Source of the DNA: a virus
Taxonomy: Duplodnaviria; Caudoviricetes
Length of the DNA stretch: 57,089 bases
Reading direction: 5' to 3' (one strand)
Virus record (IMG/VR): IMGVR_UViG_3300025087_001783
Coordinates: 1 to 57,089 of that record
Below, piece after piece: positions 8,892-18,149 of the stretch; position 1 is the stretch's first letter; every line of letters begins with the position of its first letter. The notes beneath the pieces are model-generated. The model saw only the letters and a program-made list of their open reading frames with translations, was not told the origin of the DNA and searched no databases. The position numbers and the translations under genes are program-made.

Positions 8892-9520
8892 TAACAATCC
8901 AGCGTATTGAAGAACTTGCACAGCAGGCGTTGGAACTACCTGTGGGTTGCGGCAATCAGCATCTTGCCTGTTTGCAAGAGAGCTGGGCACCATACTTGCG
9001 ATTTATGTACTTGTGCATCAAAACGTTTGATGTCAAGTTTGCATTAGAGCTGGGAGTAAACAAAGGCACATGCACTGGGCATATGGCGTATGGAAGTTCG
9101 CTGTGCTCAATATTTGGGATTGACATTGAACCTAACATGGACGCGTTGTACATGCAAAAGGAGTTCCCAAATATTAAGGCATTGTACAGAGGTTATACTA
9201 CAGATCCAATTGCTGTGCATATGATAGAGAACGATGTTAGGGAATTTGGTGAGATAGGCTTGATATTCCTGGATTCTACTCATGATGGCGACACGCCGCG
9301 TCAGGAGTTTGAAGCATACAAGCACCTGTTTGCTGACGAGTGTATTGTCGTAGTGGATGACTTGCTTGGGCCACGGCATCTAATGGAAAAGATGCAGGAG
9401 TTCTGGCAGTGGTTACCAGGGGAAAAGGTAGAACTGCATTACCTGCACCCTGTTCCCGATACGCACATCGGCATTATAGATCAGCCAGGGTTTGGTGTAA
9501 GTATTGTGAGGAAGGCATGA
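8888..9520 (+). CDS. Class I SAM-dependent methyltransferase (Methyltransf_24-like)
   Basis: LELGVNKG motif I, IFLDSTH, VVDD. Confidence 0.8.
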   Translation: MITIQRIEELAQQALELPVGCGNQHLACLQESWAPYLRFMYLCIKTFDVKFALELGVNKGTCTGHMAYGSSLCSIFGIDIEPNMDALYMQKEFPNIKALYRGYTTDPIAVHMIENDVREFGEIGLIFLDSTHDGDTPRQEFEAYKHLFADECIVVVDDLLGPRHLMEKMQEFWQWLPGEKVELHYLHPVPDTHIGIIDQPGFGVSIVRKA

Positions 9521-10188
9521 TCATATGTGGAATATATATGATAGAAAATCTTGTAAACCACAAAGTGTACATAGGATCATCTATAGATATTGAGAAACGC
9601 ATTTTGCACCATTCTACGGGAGTGGATGGTAAATATACTAGTGCACATTTGCGGAATGCTATTATTAAATATGGATTCGACAATTTTGTGTACGACGTAT
9701 TGATAACTTGTCATCCAGACATGTTATTATATTATGAGCAGCAATTTTTGGATGCAGTGGTGCCTGATTATAATCTCAGCATGATTGCTGGAAAGGTTGA
9801 AATGACAGAAGTTGTTAGAGGTAAAATTGCTGCTGCTATGCGTGGAAGTCGAATTAATGTAGGTAGGAAGCATACGGCAGAATCCAGGCATATAAACTCG
9901 CTATCAAAAATTGGTTTAAGGCATTCTGAAGAGACCAAACGTAAAATATCTGCAGCACAAAAAGGTAAGGCACATACTGTGTTTACGGACGAAATGCGCA
10001 AGAAAATGTCGATATCTCAGACTGGAAGAAAACATTCTGAGGAAACAAGACATAAAATTTCTAATACATTAAAGGGTAATCCTAAACTTAAGACTTGGAC
10101 AGGAAAGAAACACTCAGAAGAGTCCATTAAGAAAATGTCACAAGCACGTAAAGATTACTGGAAACGCAGAAAGGAACTATCATTATGA
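9517..10188 (+). mobile_element. Free-standing GIY-YIG homing endonuclease with NUMOD3 repeats
   Basis: CGIYMIENLVNHKVYIGSS; EQQFLD..YN; repeated HSEETKRKIS-type motifs; AT-richer than neighbours; ATGA overlaps at both ends. Confidence 0.9.
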
Positions 10189-10919
10189 TTAGTGGCTTTA
10201 CTTTTTGCCATAACAGTTTAGAGGGAGGCTATCCACTTGTAGAGGCTATTGACGCTGTGCGAGGTTGGGTGGATGAGATTGTGGTTGTTGACATGGCATC
10301 AACGGATGGTACTCGAGAGTTGCTGGAGCGAGAACATGTCAGGATTTTGGATGGGGAGTGGTTTGCTGGTAGTGACTGCCTGAAGAAAGCTCACGCCATG
10401 CACACCCAGTGTAAGGGAGATGTTATTATACACTTTGAGGCTGATGAAGTGTACGAAACAGGTTTGATCAGGCAAATTGTTGACATGCTGCATATCTGCG
10501 AGCAGCAGCAATTGAGCGTATGGCGTATACAGGTTGAACAGAATTTCCAGCGCGTGCGTTGGTATCCGCATATTGTGCATAGAGTATTCCCTAAGGGGAC
10601 TGCTATCAAGGATGGCGAGAGTACAAACCTGCGTGGTAACACTGCAGTCATTCCGCAGTGTTTCGGCATGCTGTGGGACATAACCTACAATTTTCGGGAC
10701 AATATTGTTGACAGGTGCGACAACAATGCGTTTTTGCATGGTGGGGATCCTAATTATCTGTTTGCTCCCAGTCATATATGTCAACCCTATCAGCTTACCA
10801 GGGAACAGCTTGTCGATTATCTTGACGAGCCACAGTGGAGATTTGTCAGTACTCCATTGAATATTCCACCTAATTTACGACCATTAGTAGGAAAGACCAA
10901 ATACGAGGCAAACCTATGA
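10185..10919 (+). CDS. Glycosyltransferase family 2
   Basis: VDEIVVVDMASTDGT and FEADE motifs. Confidence 0.8.
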   Translation: MISGFTFCHNSLEGGYPLVEAIDAVRGWVDEIVVVDMASTDGTRELLEREHVRILDGEWFAGSDCLKKAHAMHTQCKGDVIIHFEADEVYETGLIRQIVDMLHICEQQQLSVWRIQVEQNFQRVRWYPHIVHRVFPKGTAIKDGESTNLRGNTAVIPQCFGMLWDITYNFRDNIVDRCDNNAFLHGGDPNYLFAPSHICQPYQLTREQLVDYLDEPQWRFVSTPLNIPPNLRPLVGKTKYEANL

Positions 10920-11113
10920 AGATTAGAGACCTGATAAAAGCATTACAGTATATCGAAGAATCGTATGGAGATATTGAAGTACAACTACAGTCAGGGTTGC
11001 CGGAAAAAGCTCTTCCTGATTGGGTAAAGTATGTGTCATACCCTGAGTTCTTTGTTGTGCCAGAACTGTATGAAGAAGGTATGATAGTTAATTTGCGCAA
11101 TTGGCCATATTAG
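10916..11113 (+). CDS. Hypothetical protein
   Basis: 65-aa ORF with GAGG RBS, coupled to the upstream gene. Confidence 0.55.
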   Translation: MKIRDLIKALQYIEESYGDIEVQLQSGLPEKALPDWVKYVSYPEFFVVPELYEEGMIVNLRNWPY

Positions 11114-11120
11114 GTGTAGA

Positions 11121-11849
11121 ATGACTGTTGACTTTGTCACCTTTTGCTGTCCTAAGGATGTGCGCAGACTGGCAGTGCCTGGAGAACTGACTAATCGTGT
11201 AAACAGTCATGGTTATAAGTTCGACAATGTGTTTGTCGTCAGGCAGCGTTTGGCGAATGACTTTGACGACATTATCATTTCGTCATCGGATTTTACAGTC
11301 ACGGAAATTCGCAGCGAGGATCATCCCGATATCCTGGCTGAGTACAATATACCGGAGTTTGATGCACGCGCTGAGGATCTTACGCATGGCCCAAGCGCGG
11401 CGCACTACTGGAAGTGGCACGTCATCAACCACCTGATTGGATTGAAAGTCAGCACTGCTGATTACATCGTGTTTAGCGATTGCGATTGCAGGATTATCAA
11501 TCAAAAGTCACCTTGGGTGTTGAAAGCAATTGAGATCATTGAAGCGCACCCACAGCTGGTGTTGATCGTTGGGCCAAGCGATGGCGGTAACATGGCTGAG
11601 AGAATGTTACCAGGTGGCGTGCGATTAACGCAAAACGTTTCTCAGCAAATGTTCTTATGTAAGCGCGCGGTGTTTAAGTCAATAGATTTCGACCATCCAT
11701 GGGATGGTAAATTCACGGCTCCAGGAGGCCCTTTCCAGGAATATTATTGGCTTATGGAGGGTCGTATATGGAGAAATTTGCGAGCGCGTGGGATGTATAG
11801 AGCTATATTGCCAGAGGCATGGAGGTATTGGCATGATGGATGGCACTAG
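11121..11849 (+). CDS. Glycosyltransferase (GT-A-like)
   Basis: ADYIVFSDCD DxD motif; cluster context. Confidence 0.6.
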   Translation: MTVDFVTFCCPKDVRRLAVPGELTNRVNSHGYKFDNVFVVRQRLANDFDDIIISSSDFTVTEIRSEDHPDILAEYNIPEFDARAEDLTHGPSAAHYWKWHVINHLIGLKVSTADYIVFSDCDCRIINQKSPWVLKAIEIIEAHPQLVLIVGPSDGGNMAERMLPGGVRLTQNVSQQMFLCKRAVFKSIDFDHPWDGKFTAPGGPFQEYYWLMEGRIWRNLRARGMYRAILPEAWRYWHDGWH

Positions 11850-12351
11850 TGATAGAATGTTTGCAGAGTATTGCTTGACACATATCAAGCAGCTTGGAGT
11901 CTTGCAGTTGACATTTCCCGATACGCTAGACCTTCCAGGTTGTGAGTGCAAAAAGCTGGACGTGTACCAGGACGCGCGTGGAAGCCTAATTGAGCTTGTC
12001 AAAGAGCAATCATCCCTGACGATGTCCTATTGCAGCTACACCAAACCAACAGAAGCCCGCGACATGGATCGCTGGCATCTGCACAGACTTCAAACCGACA
12101 GGTTCTTCATCCTGCAAGGCAACTGCGTGTTTGGCTTGAGTGATGGCGAGAGAACTGTCAGGTTGGTGATGAGTGACGACAAGCCATGCATGCTGTACAT
12201 CCAACCTGGAATTTATCATTGTTTTCTGGCTGGTGCAAACGGAACGTTGTTAATCAACTTCCCGACCCAGCTGTTCAATCCTGATGATGAGTTGCGTATC
12301 CCGTTCAAAAATTTGGAGGCTCCCCACCCATGGAACATACTCGAGTCCTGA
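11833..12351 (+). CDS. rmlC: dTDP-4-dehydrorhamnose 3,5-epimerase-like cupin
   Basis: DARGSLIE, WHLHRLQTDRF, IQPGIYHCF; GGAGG RBS before ATG 11833; adjacent to rmlD. Confidence 0.8.
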   Translation: MMDGTSDRMFAEYCLTHIKQLGVLQLTFPDTLDLPGCECKKLDVYQDARGSLIELVKEQSSLTMSYCSYTKPTEARDMDRWHLHRLQTDRFFILQGNCVFGLSDGERTVRLVMSDDKPCMLYIQPGIYHCFLAGANGTLLINFPTQLFNPDDELRIPFKNLEAPHPWNILES

Positions 12352-13235
12352 TAACAGGCGCCAGCGGGCTGCTGGGAAAATATTTGTTGGGGTGCGTACC
12401 AGAGGGTGTTGAAGCGTTTGGCACGCATTACTGCAACTTCAATGGCAAGCAGGATTATCATTTGGATGTGCTGAGCACAGATGAAATCAATTATGTGTTC
12501 ATGTACGCGCGTCCGAATATCGTCATTCATTTGGCAGCGATTGGATCGGTTGATTTTTGTGAGCGAAACCCGTTCTTTGCGGACAGGGTCAATATTGGTG
12601 GGACTGCCCACATTGTTGATGCTTGCCAGCGATATGGTGCTAAAATTGTACTGTTGAGCACCAACGCTGTGTTTGATGGAACGCATCCACCGTACAAAGA
12701 GGAAGACCATCGCAACCCGCTTTCGGTATATGGGCATAGCAAAGTCAAGGCTGAGGATATTGTTGCGGAGTGTGATGACTTTTTGGTGGTGCGCACAGCG
12801 CGTATGTTTGGACGTAACTGGCGTGCAGGTAGGGACAACTGGCTGGACATTGTGCCTAATCGGCTGAGTGCTGGTAAGGTTCTTGAAGTTGTAACGGATG
12901 ATATTGGCAGACCAACCTATGCTGGTAATCTGGCTGAAACTGTATGGGACCTGCTAGAAATTGGCGCCAAAGGCTTCTATCACGTGGCAGGTGACGACAG
13001 TATTAGCATGTACCAGTTTGCGCGATTGATTGCCGAGACATACAACGTGTACCATGAGCATCCCCTGGACGTTGATCTAATCAAGCCTGTTACTACCAAA
13101 GAGAAATTTCCACATATTGCTACCAGGCCTGCTAACACAACGTTTGACCTGACAAAGTACTACAATACCAACGTGCGCAAGGTTGGAACCACGCAGCAAG
13201 GCTTGGATCGGATGGCAATACGAGGAGAGTTATGA
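12330..13235 (+). CDS. rmlD: dTDP-4-dehydrorhamnose reductase (SDR)
   Basis: ITGASGLLG, HLAA..VDFCE, STNAVFDG, YGHSK, PTYA, RP motifs. Confidence 0.9.
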   Translation: MEHTRVLITGASGLLGKYLLGCVPEGVEAFGTHYCNFNGKQDYHLDVLSTDEINYVFMYARPNIVIHLAAIGSVDFCERNPFFADRVNIGGTAHIVDACQRYGAKIVLLSTNAVFDGTHPPYKEEDHRNPLSVYGHSKVKAEDIVAECDDFLVVRTARMFGRNWRAGRDNWLDIVPNRLSAGKVLEVVTDDIGRPTYAGNLAETVWDLLEIGAKGFYHVAGDDSISMYQFARLIAETYNVYHEHPLDVDLIKPVTTKEKFPHIATRPANTTFDLTKYYNTNVRKVGTTQQGLDRMAIRGEL

Positions 13236-14080
13236 AACCTATCAGTGGTGCGACATTCATCAGAGACAACGAGGAAGGCGCGTTTTGCCTGTATGAAAGT
13301 ATGGCAAGCGTATTACCATTTGTTACTGACATGCACATCTTGGATGTCGGTAGTACTGATGGGACATTGCAGTGGCTGCAGTCTATTGCTGCAGTCAACC
13401 CAAAAATACACATACATCAGGGACGTTGGAGTGTTGTAGACGCGAAAGCGTTTGCGGACGCGGCCAATGATGCTATCTTGCTTTGTCAGAATGATGTGGT
13501 GTGGTTTTGGCAAGCGGATGAAATTCCCCACCAAAACGTGTTGAAGATGCTGCCTGAGTATATCAATACCCATGACAACCTGGTATTTTGGCGATATCAG
13601 CTGCGGGACAACTTCCAGGCGATGAAATGGTTCCCGCATCCTGTACACAGAATTGGAACCAAGCGCGACCTGCTATTGGTTGGGGATGGTATGAACACCA
13701 AGAACGTTTTTGGCTATGACGTTATTGGTGATTACAACCAGGGATGGTTCACAAAGTGGGGGACGATGAATGAGTTGGACATTCCTGTTGAGCAGATGGT
13801 GTTGGATGTCAGCCTGGTGGGGGCATTCAGGGAAAACATTATTGGAAGACGTAAACTGCATGCTCCGATGTGGCATGAAACGGATCATATCGAGGGCAAG
13901 AAACCCGACCAGTGGTACAAGGATGCGGTTGCTAATGATGCGTGGACAACGCAAACCACGCCATTCGATCTACCTGAAATTATGCGTTGGCATGTTGGTC
14001 GTGTAAAATATGCTATACGACCGCAGTTGATTGATGCATTGAAAGCTGATAGTACAGAGGAGATAATTGGTCTATTATGA
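13232..14080 (+). CDS. Glycosyltransferase family 2
   Basis: ILDVGSTDGT and WQADE motifs; paralogous to 10185-10919. Confidence 0.8.
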   Translation: MKPISGATFIRDNEEGAFCLYESMASVLPFVTDMHILDVGSTDGTLQWLQSIAAVNPKIHIHQGRWSVVDAKAFADAANDAILLCQNDVVWFWQADEIPHQNVLKMLPEYINTHDNLVFWRYQLRDNFQAMKWFPHPVHRIGTKRDLLLVGDGMNTKNVFGYDVIGDYNQGWFTKWGTMNELDIPVEQMVLDVSLVGAFRENIIGRRKLHAPMWHETDHIEGKKPDQWYKDAVANDAWTTQTTPFDLPEIMRWHVGRVKYAIRPQLIDALKADSTEEIIGLL

Positions 14081-14721
14081 AATTTACAATGAAACAACTG
14101 CAGGAATTGATTGCGATGGCGAAGGCTGATTTTGTCACACCAGATCCATATCTGAATAGTCAGCACGACGCGTCTACAAAGCTGATTGGGCATACCAACC
14201 CGTATTACCCGCTGTTTTATCTCATTTCCAAAACATTTCAGCCGGCAATGGTTGTTGAGCTTGGCAGCTGGCGAGCGTATGGCGCGTCCCATTTTGCTGG
14301 TGGCAATCCTGCTGGTAAGGTGGCAACCATTGACATCCACAAGGACGATCCTCTTGCCCAACAGCTTACGTTGGAAGCCCAGGCGCATTACGGTAACTTG
14401 AGATATTTTCATTCTTGGACGTGGGACGCTGTACCATTACTGCTGGAGCATTATGGTAAGCTGAGCATTGATGTGCTGTTTATTGATGCGTGGCATACCT
14501 ATGAGTATGCTATGCGGGAGTGGAAGCTATTTGGCCCGTACATGGCTGATAACTCTCTTGTGATTTGTGATGATCTGTTCAATGCTGCTGGCGCGTGCGA
14601 AAACATGATCCAGTGGTGGGAAGATTTTCAAAAAGATTCGCATATCAAAGAGAGCTTTCTGGATGGCGGGTTGCATCCTGGTGTTCCTATGGGATTTGCG
14701 AGGTATGTCAAAAATGGATAA
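14077..14721 (+). CDS. Class I SAM methyltransferase (Methyltransf_24-like)
   Basis: VELGSWRAYG, LFIDAWHTY, ICDD. Confidence 0.85.
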   Translation: MKFTMKQLQELIAMAKADFVTPDPYLNSQHDASTKLIGHTNPYYPLFYLISKTFQPAMVVELGSWRAYGASHFAGGNPAGKVATIDIHKDDPLAQQLTLEAQAHYGNLRYFHSWTWDAVPLLLEHYGKLSIDVLFIDAWHTYEYAMREWKLFGPYMADNSLVICDDLFNAAGACENMIQWWEDFQKDSHIKESFLDGGLHPGVPMGFARYVKNG

Positions 14722-15337
14722 TGTATTTGCCGATATCAACGAGTTAGTAAAACAGGCTGCGCAACCACTGGGTGATGAGTGGTTGGATGGGTACTACAAG
14801 GCATATCAGGATCATGTCAGCACACGGCTGAATTATTATCGCTTTTTGTATTTGATGGTTATGCATTTCAAGCCTGCTGTTGCTATCGAGTTGGGAGTTG
14901 AATTTGGGTTGGCATCGGCACATATGGCACGCGCTGCCGCCACATATGGTGGGACAGTCATTGGCGTAGATCATAACTATCACTCCGCACCTATGGAGAT
15001 TGTTGCGTATTGCAAGAACTACAACTACAGATTGGCAGATACCGTTGCAGCATTTCCGGATGTTAAGATGCTAGTGGATGGCAGGCCTGTCGGCTTGCTG
15101 TTCCAGGACTCGTCACACCACTATTTGGAGAGCAAGCGCGAGTTCGAGTTGTATTCAACCCTTATGTCAAAAGGTTCGTACTGGGTGTGTGATGACATTT
15201 TGCCAGCGTTCCATGATCCAAAGGTGGATCCTCCTGGAAAGGGGATGGTTGAATACTTTTGGGAATTGCCTGGTTATAAGCGCACCTATCCGGAGGTTCT
15301 AAATAAGGGTAATACTATAGGAATAGTAAAATTATGA
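14714..15337 (+). CDS. Class I SAM methyltransferase (Methyltransf_24-like)
   Basis: IELGVEFG, LFQDSSHHY, VCDD; start uncertain (14705 or 14714). Confidence 0.85.
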   Translation: MDNVFADINELVKQAAQPLGDEWLDGYYKAYQDHVSTRLNYYRFLYLMVMHFKPAVAIELGVEFGLASAHMARAAATYGGTVIGVDHNYHSAPMEIVAYCKNYNYRLADTVAAFPDVKMLVDGRPVGLLFQDSSHHYLESKREFELYSTLMSKGSYWVCDDILPAFHDPKVDPPGKGMVEYFWELPGYKRTYPEVLNKGNTIGIVKL

Positions 15338-15900
15338 TCACTGCTGGTCGTATTAGAGAGCTTGCCAAGCAGGCTCCAAATGAAAAAGTTTATCCAGATC
15401 AGCGATTCCCGCCGTCGATATACTACCGATTTATGAAGTTGCTGGCTGCGGAGATACAACCTACGAATAGCGTGGTATTAGGAGTGTGCGGAGGTGGGGA
15501 CTGTTTACATCTGGCGCAGGGATGGCCCGCTGGACAGGTGTATGGCGTAGATTATGCCAGGGATCACGTCGATAACATTAAGCATGTCGAGGCAACGTTC
15601 CCAAATTTTCATTTTCTGTGGAACGACTCGATTGATGTCATTAAATCCTTTGACAAGTTTAGCGGTCCGTGCGTGGATATATTGTTTATTGATACAATTC
15701 ATACCTATGAGCGTACCATTAGAGAATTTTATGCGTGGCAGCGTGTCCTCAATCCTGGTGCAGTGGTTATGCTGGATGATCTGTACAGGGATGGCATGCT
15801 TGCAGCATGGACAGATTTGCCTGGAGCAAAAATCCGATTGGACGAGTTGCATCTAGGTGGAAGTCCTACAGATGGCGGGTTTGGGGTGATATTGCTATGA
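15334..15900 (+). CDS. Class I SAM methyltransferase (Methyltransf_24-like)
   Basis: VVLGVCGG, LFIDTIHTY, MLDD. Confidence 0.85.
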   Translation: MITAGRIRELAKQAPNEKVYPDQRFPPSIYYRFMKLLAAEIQPTNSVVLGVCGGGDCLHLAQGWPAGQVYGVDYARDHVDNIKHVEATFPNFHFLWNDSIDVIKSFDKFSGPCVDILFIDTIHTYERTIREFYAWQRVLNPGAVVMLDDLYRDGMLAAWTDLPGAKIRLDELHLGGSPTDGGFGVILL

Positions 15901-16472
15901 GTGATGCACAAAACGTTGTTCAGCATTGTATAAAGATTGGTCTAGAGTACGATCCTCCCAAAGAGATATTGGAGTATTGTGGTGCGTATTATTCGCCGTA
16001 TTACAACTTTGCGTACGCGATGATGTGCGCTGCTGGAACGTATTGGCCATCGGTGGTTGCTGTAGAGTTGGGAGTTGAAAAAGCGCGCTGCTCTTTCAGT
16101 ATGCTGCAGTACGAAAATGGTATCGTGATCGGATTAGATACCCATCCAACTGTTGAAGCCAGCAGGCTGGCATTGCGAGAGCCACGCTTCATCTACCTCA
16201 ATCAACCCAGCTCCCAGGTTCCAGTCAATATACTTGAGCACAAGCGCATTTCCATTTTGCATATCGATACAGAGCATTCTTACGGCATGGCGAAAATGGA
16301 GTTTGAGGCATATTTCCCGTATTTGACGAATCCTGCATTTGTGTTGTTTGATGATATTCACGCCATGAACGACGATGTGTTGAAGTTCGTCAAGGAGCTG
16401 CCGTACTATAAAGTTATTGAAGATCGCTTGCATCCAATTTGTGGTTATGCTGTTGTGGCTGTGGAGACGTAA
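15897..16472 (+). CDS. Class I SAM methyltransferase (Methyltransf_24-like)
   Basis: VELGVEKA, LHIDTEHSY, LFDD. Confidence 0.85.
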   Translation: MSDAQNVVQHCIKIGLEYDPPKEILEYCGAYYSPYYNFAYAMMCAAGTYWPSVVAVELGVEKARCSFSMLQYENGIVIGLDTHPTVEASRLALREPRFIYLNQPSSQVPVNILEHKRISILHIDTEHSYGMAKMEFEAYFPYLTNPAFVLFDDIHAMNDDVLKFVKELPYYKVIEDRLHPICGYAVVAVET

Positions 16473-16473
16473 A

Positions 16474-18149
16474 ATGATTGTAAGTATTGTGACCGGCACC
16501 TATAATCGTCTCCAGCATTTGCACAACATGATCTACAGCGCGCGCAACTCAATTGGGTTGGGTATGGAGTATGAGATTATCGTTGTAGACGGTGGTAGTA
16601 CGGATGGCACGCTTGAATGGTGCAAGGAGCAGCCCGATGTCAAGCTGATTGAGCATGGGGAGCTGCGTGGCGCTGTGAAGGCATTCAATGATGGAGCGCG
16701 TGCCTCCAGTGGCTTGTATGTCATATTGGCGAATGACGATATCGTTTTTATTAACGAGAGTATCATGACAGCCGTGGCCTTTATGCAGGACAATCCTGGT
16801 GTTGGTATCGGCTGTTTTTATCAGGATCGTTACAAGCAGGATTGGCATGTTGAGCAAATGCCGGCAGTAATAAACGGACGCCAGATTAGCGCGTATTATG
16901 GGCAGGTTTGTATCGTACAACGTTGGTTGGGGGATCTTGTAGGTTGGTGGGGGGACTATTTGCGCACATATGGCGGGGATAATGAGCTGAGCTGCAATGT
17001 GCTGGAGGCAGGTTATAAGTACTGCCGATAGAATGTGCGCAGATACATGATACAACTCCCATGGATGGTTTGCGCAAGATCAATAATGATAATGTTATAA
17101 AACGTGGTAAGCACCCTGACACGGAGGCATTCGTCAAGCATTGGACACATGCAAATGGTAGAAAGGGTGCTATCATCAATTCCAAGCCGATACCTCGTCA
17201 GGATGTGCAACGCTTTCGGCGCGTTCTGTACGCACCAATTTACGAGCCAGGATACAGCATACAGAAGAAATCCAAACGAGGTTTGCGTGATGCACTGGCG
17301 AGGCGCATGTTGGTTGTGGAATGTGATTATGTTGCACAAACGTTCGATTATGTGTTCGACCTGGCGAACGCGTTTGATCCGGACCTGATTATCACTCAAA
17401 TTCAAAGCGTTGACATCAAGCTGAATGCTGAGACTATCAGGGAGTTACGCCACGAGCACCCAGGCGCCAAGTTTGTAAACTGGAATGGCGATTATCATCC
17501 TGAGCATCTATATAGTCCGGATTATATAGCTTTGCTTAAGCAGTTTGACTTGAATGGCTTTTGCACAACAGCAATTCAAGACAGGTACGAAGCGGAGGGA
17601 GTGCGTTGGTTCTACTGGCAAATAGGTTGCGAAGAGACCAACGTTGCATCTGATAAGTTTACACCCTGTTACGATTTGTTATTCTTGGCAAATGGTTATA
17701 GTGATGACCGCAAGCATCTGGTTGACATATTGCGTAGGCAGCGATTTACAACAGGTTTGTACGGTATTTGGCCTCCAGAGTATGGATCTAGAGGTAACAA
17801 CCTGTACGATTTTGACGGTGGTGCCAGGTTGTATCAGGCAAGCAAATTGGCACTGAGCGATAGCCAGTGGCCAGATGTGAACGGATATTGCAGTAACAGG
17901 CTGTTCCAGGCTATGGAAGCTGGTGCGTGCTTATTGCAGCAGCGGTTTGCAGGTATGGAGGAGTTATTAGGATTGGTGGATGGCGAGAATATCGTGGTTT
18001 GGGACAAGGCTGAAGATCTGCTGGATAGGATAGATTATTACTTGCACCATGACGAGGAGCGTCGCACTATAGCCAGGAATGCACGTGAGTTTATGCGTGC
18101 ACATCATAGCTTTGATGTGCGAGTGCAGGAATTGCTGGCGTATGTATAA
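16474..18149 (+). CDS. Two-domain glycosyltransferase (GT2 + CgeB-like GT-B) interrupted by a 1-nt frameshift near 17019
   Basis: 16474-17031 has SIVTGTYNR, VVDGGSTDGT, ANDD; a -1 shift at GGTTATAAG^T gives GYKVLPIECAQIHDTTPM, joining 17061-18149 (SNRLFQAMEAGACLL). Confidence 0.75.

Noticed and set aside
9517-10188. Group I intron around the GIY-YIG gene
   Set aside because: Flanking genes look complete and overlap the ORF directly; no non-coding space for an intron core.
15654-15662. CAAGTTTAG partial matches inside genes (also 19501-19509)
   Set aside because: They lack the following T and a good -10-like hexamer and lie mid-CDS; not counted as class B promoters.
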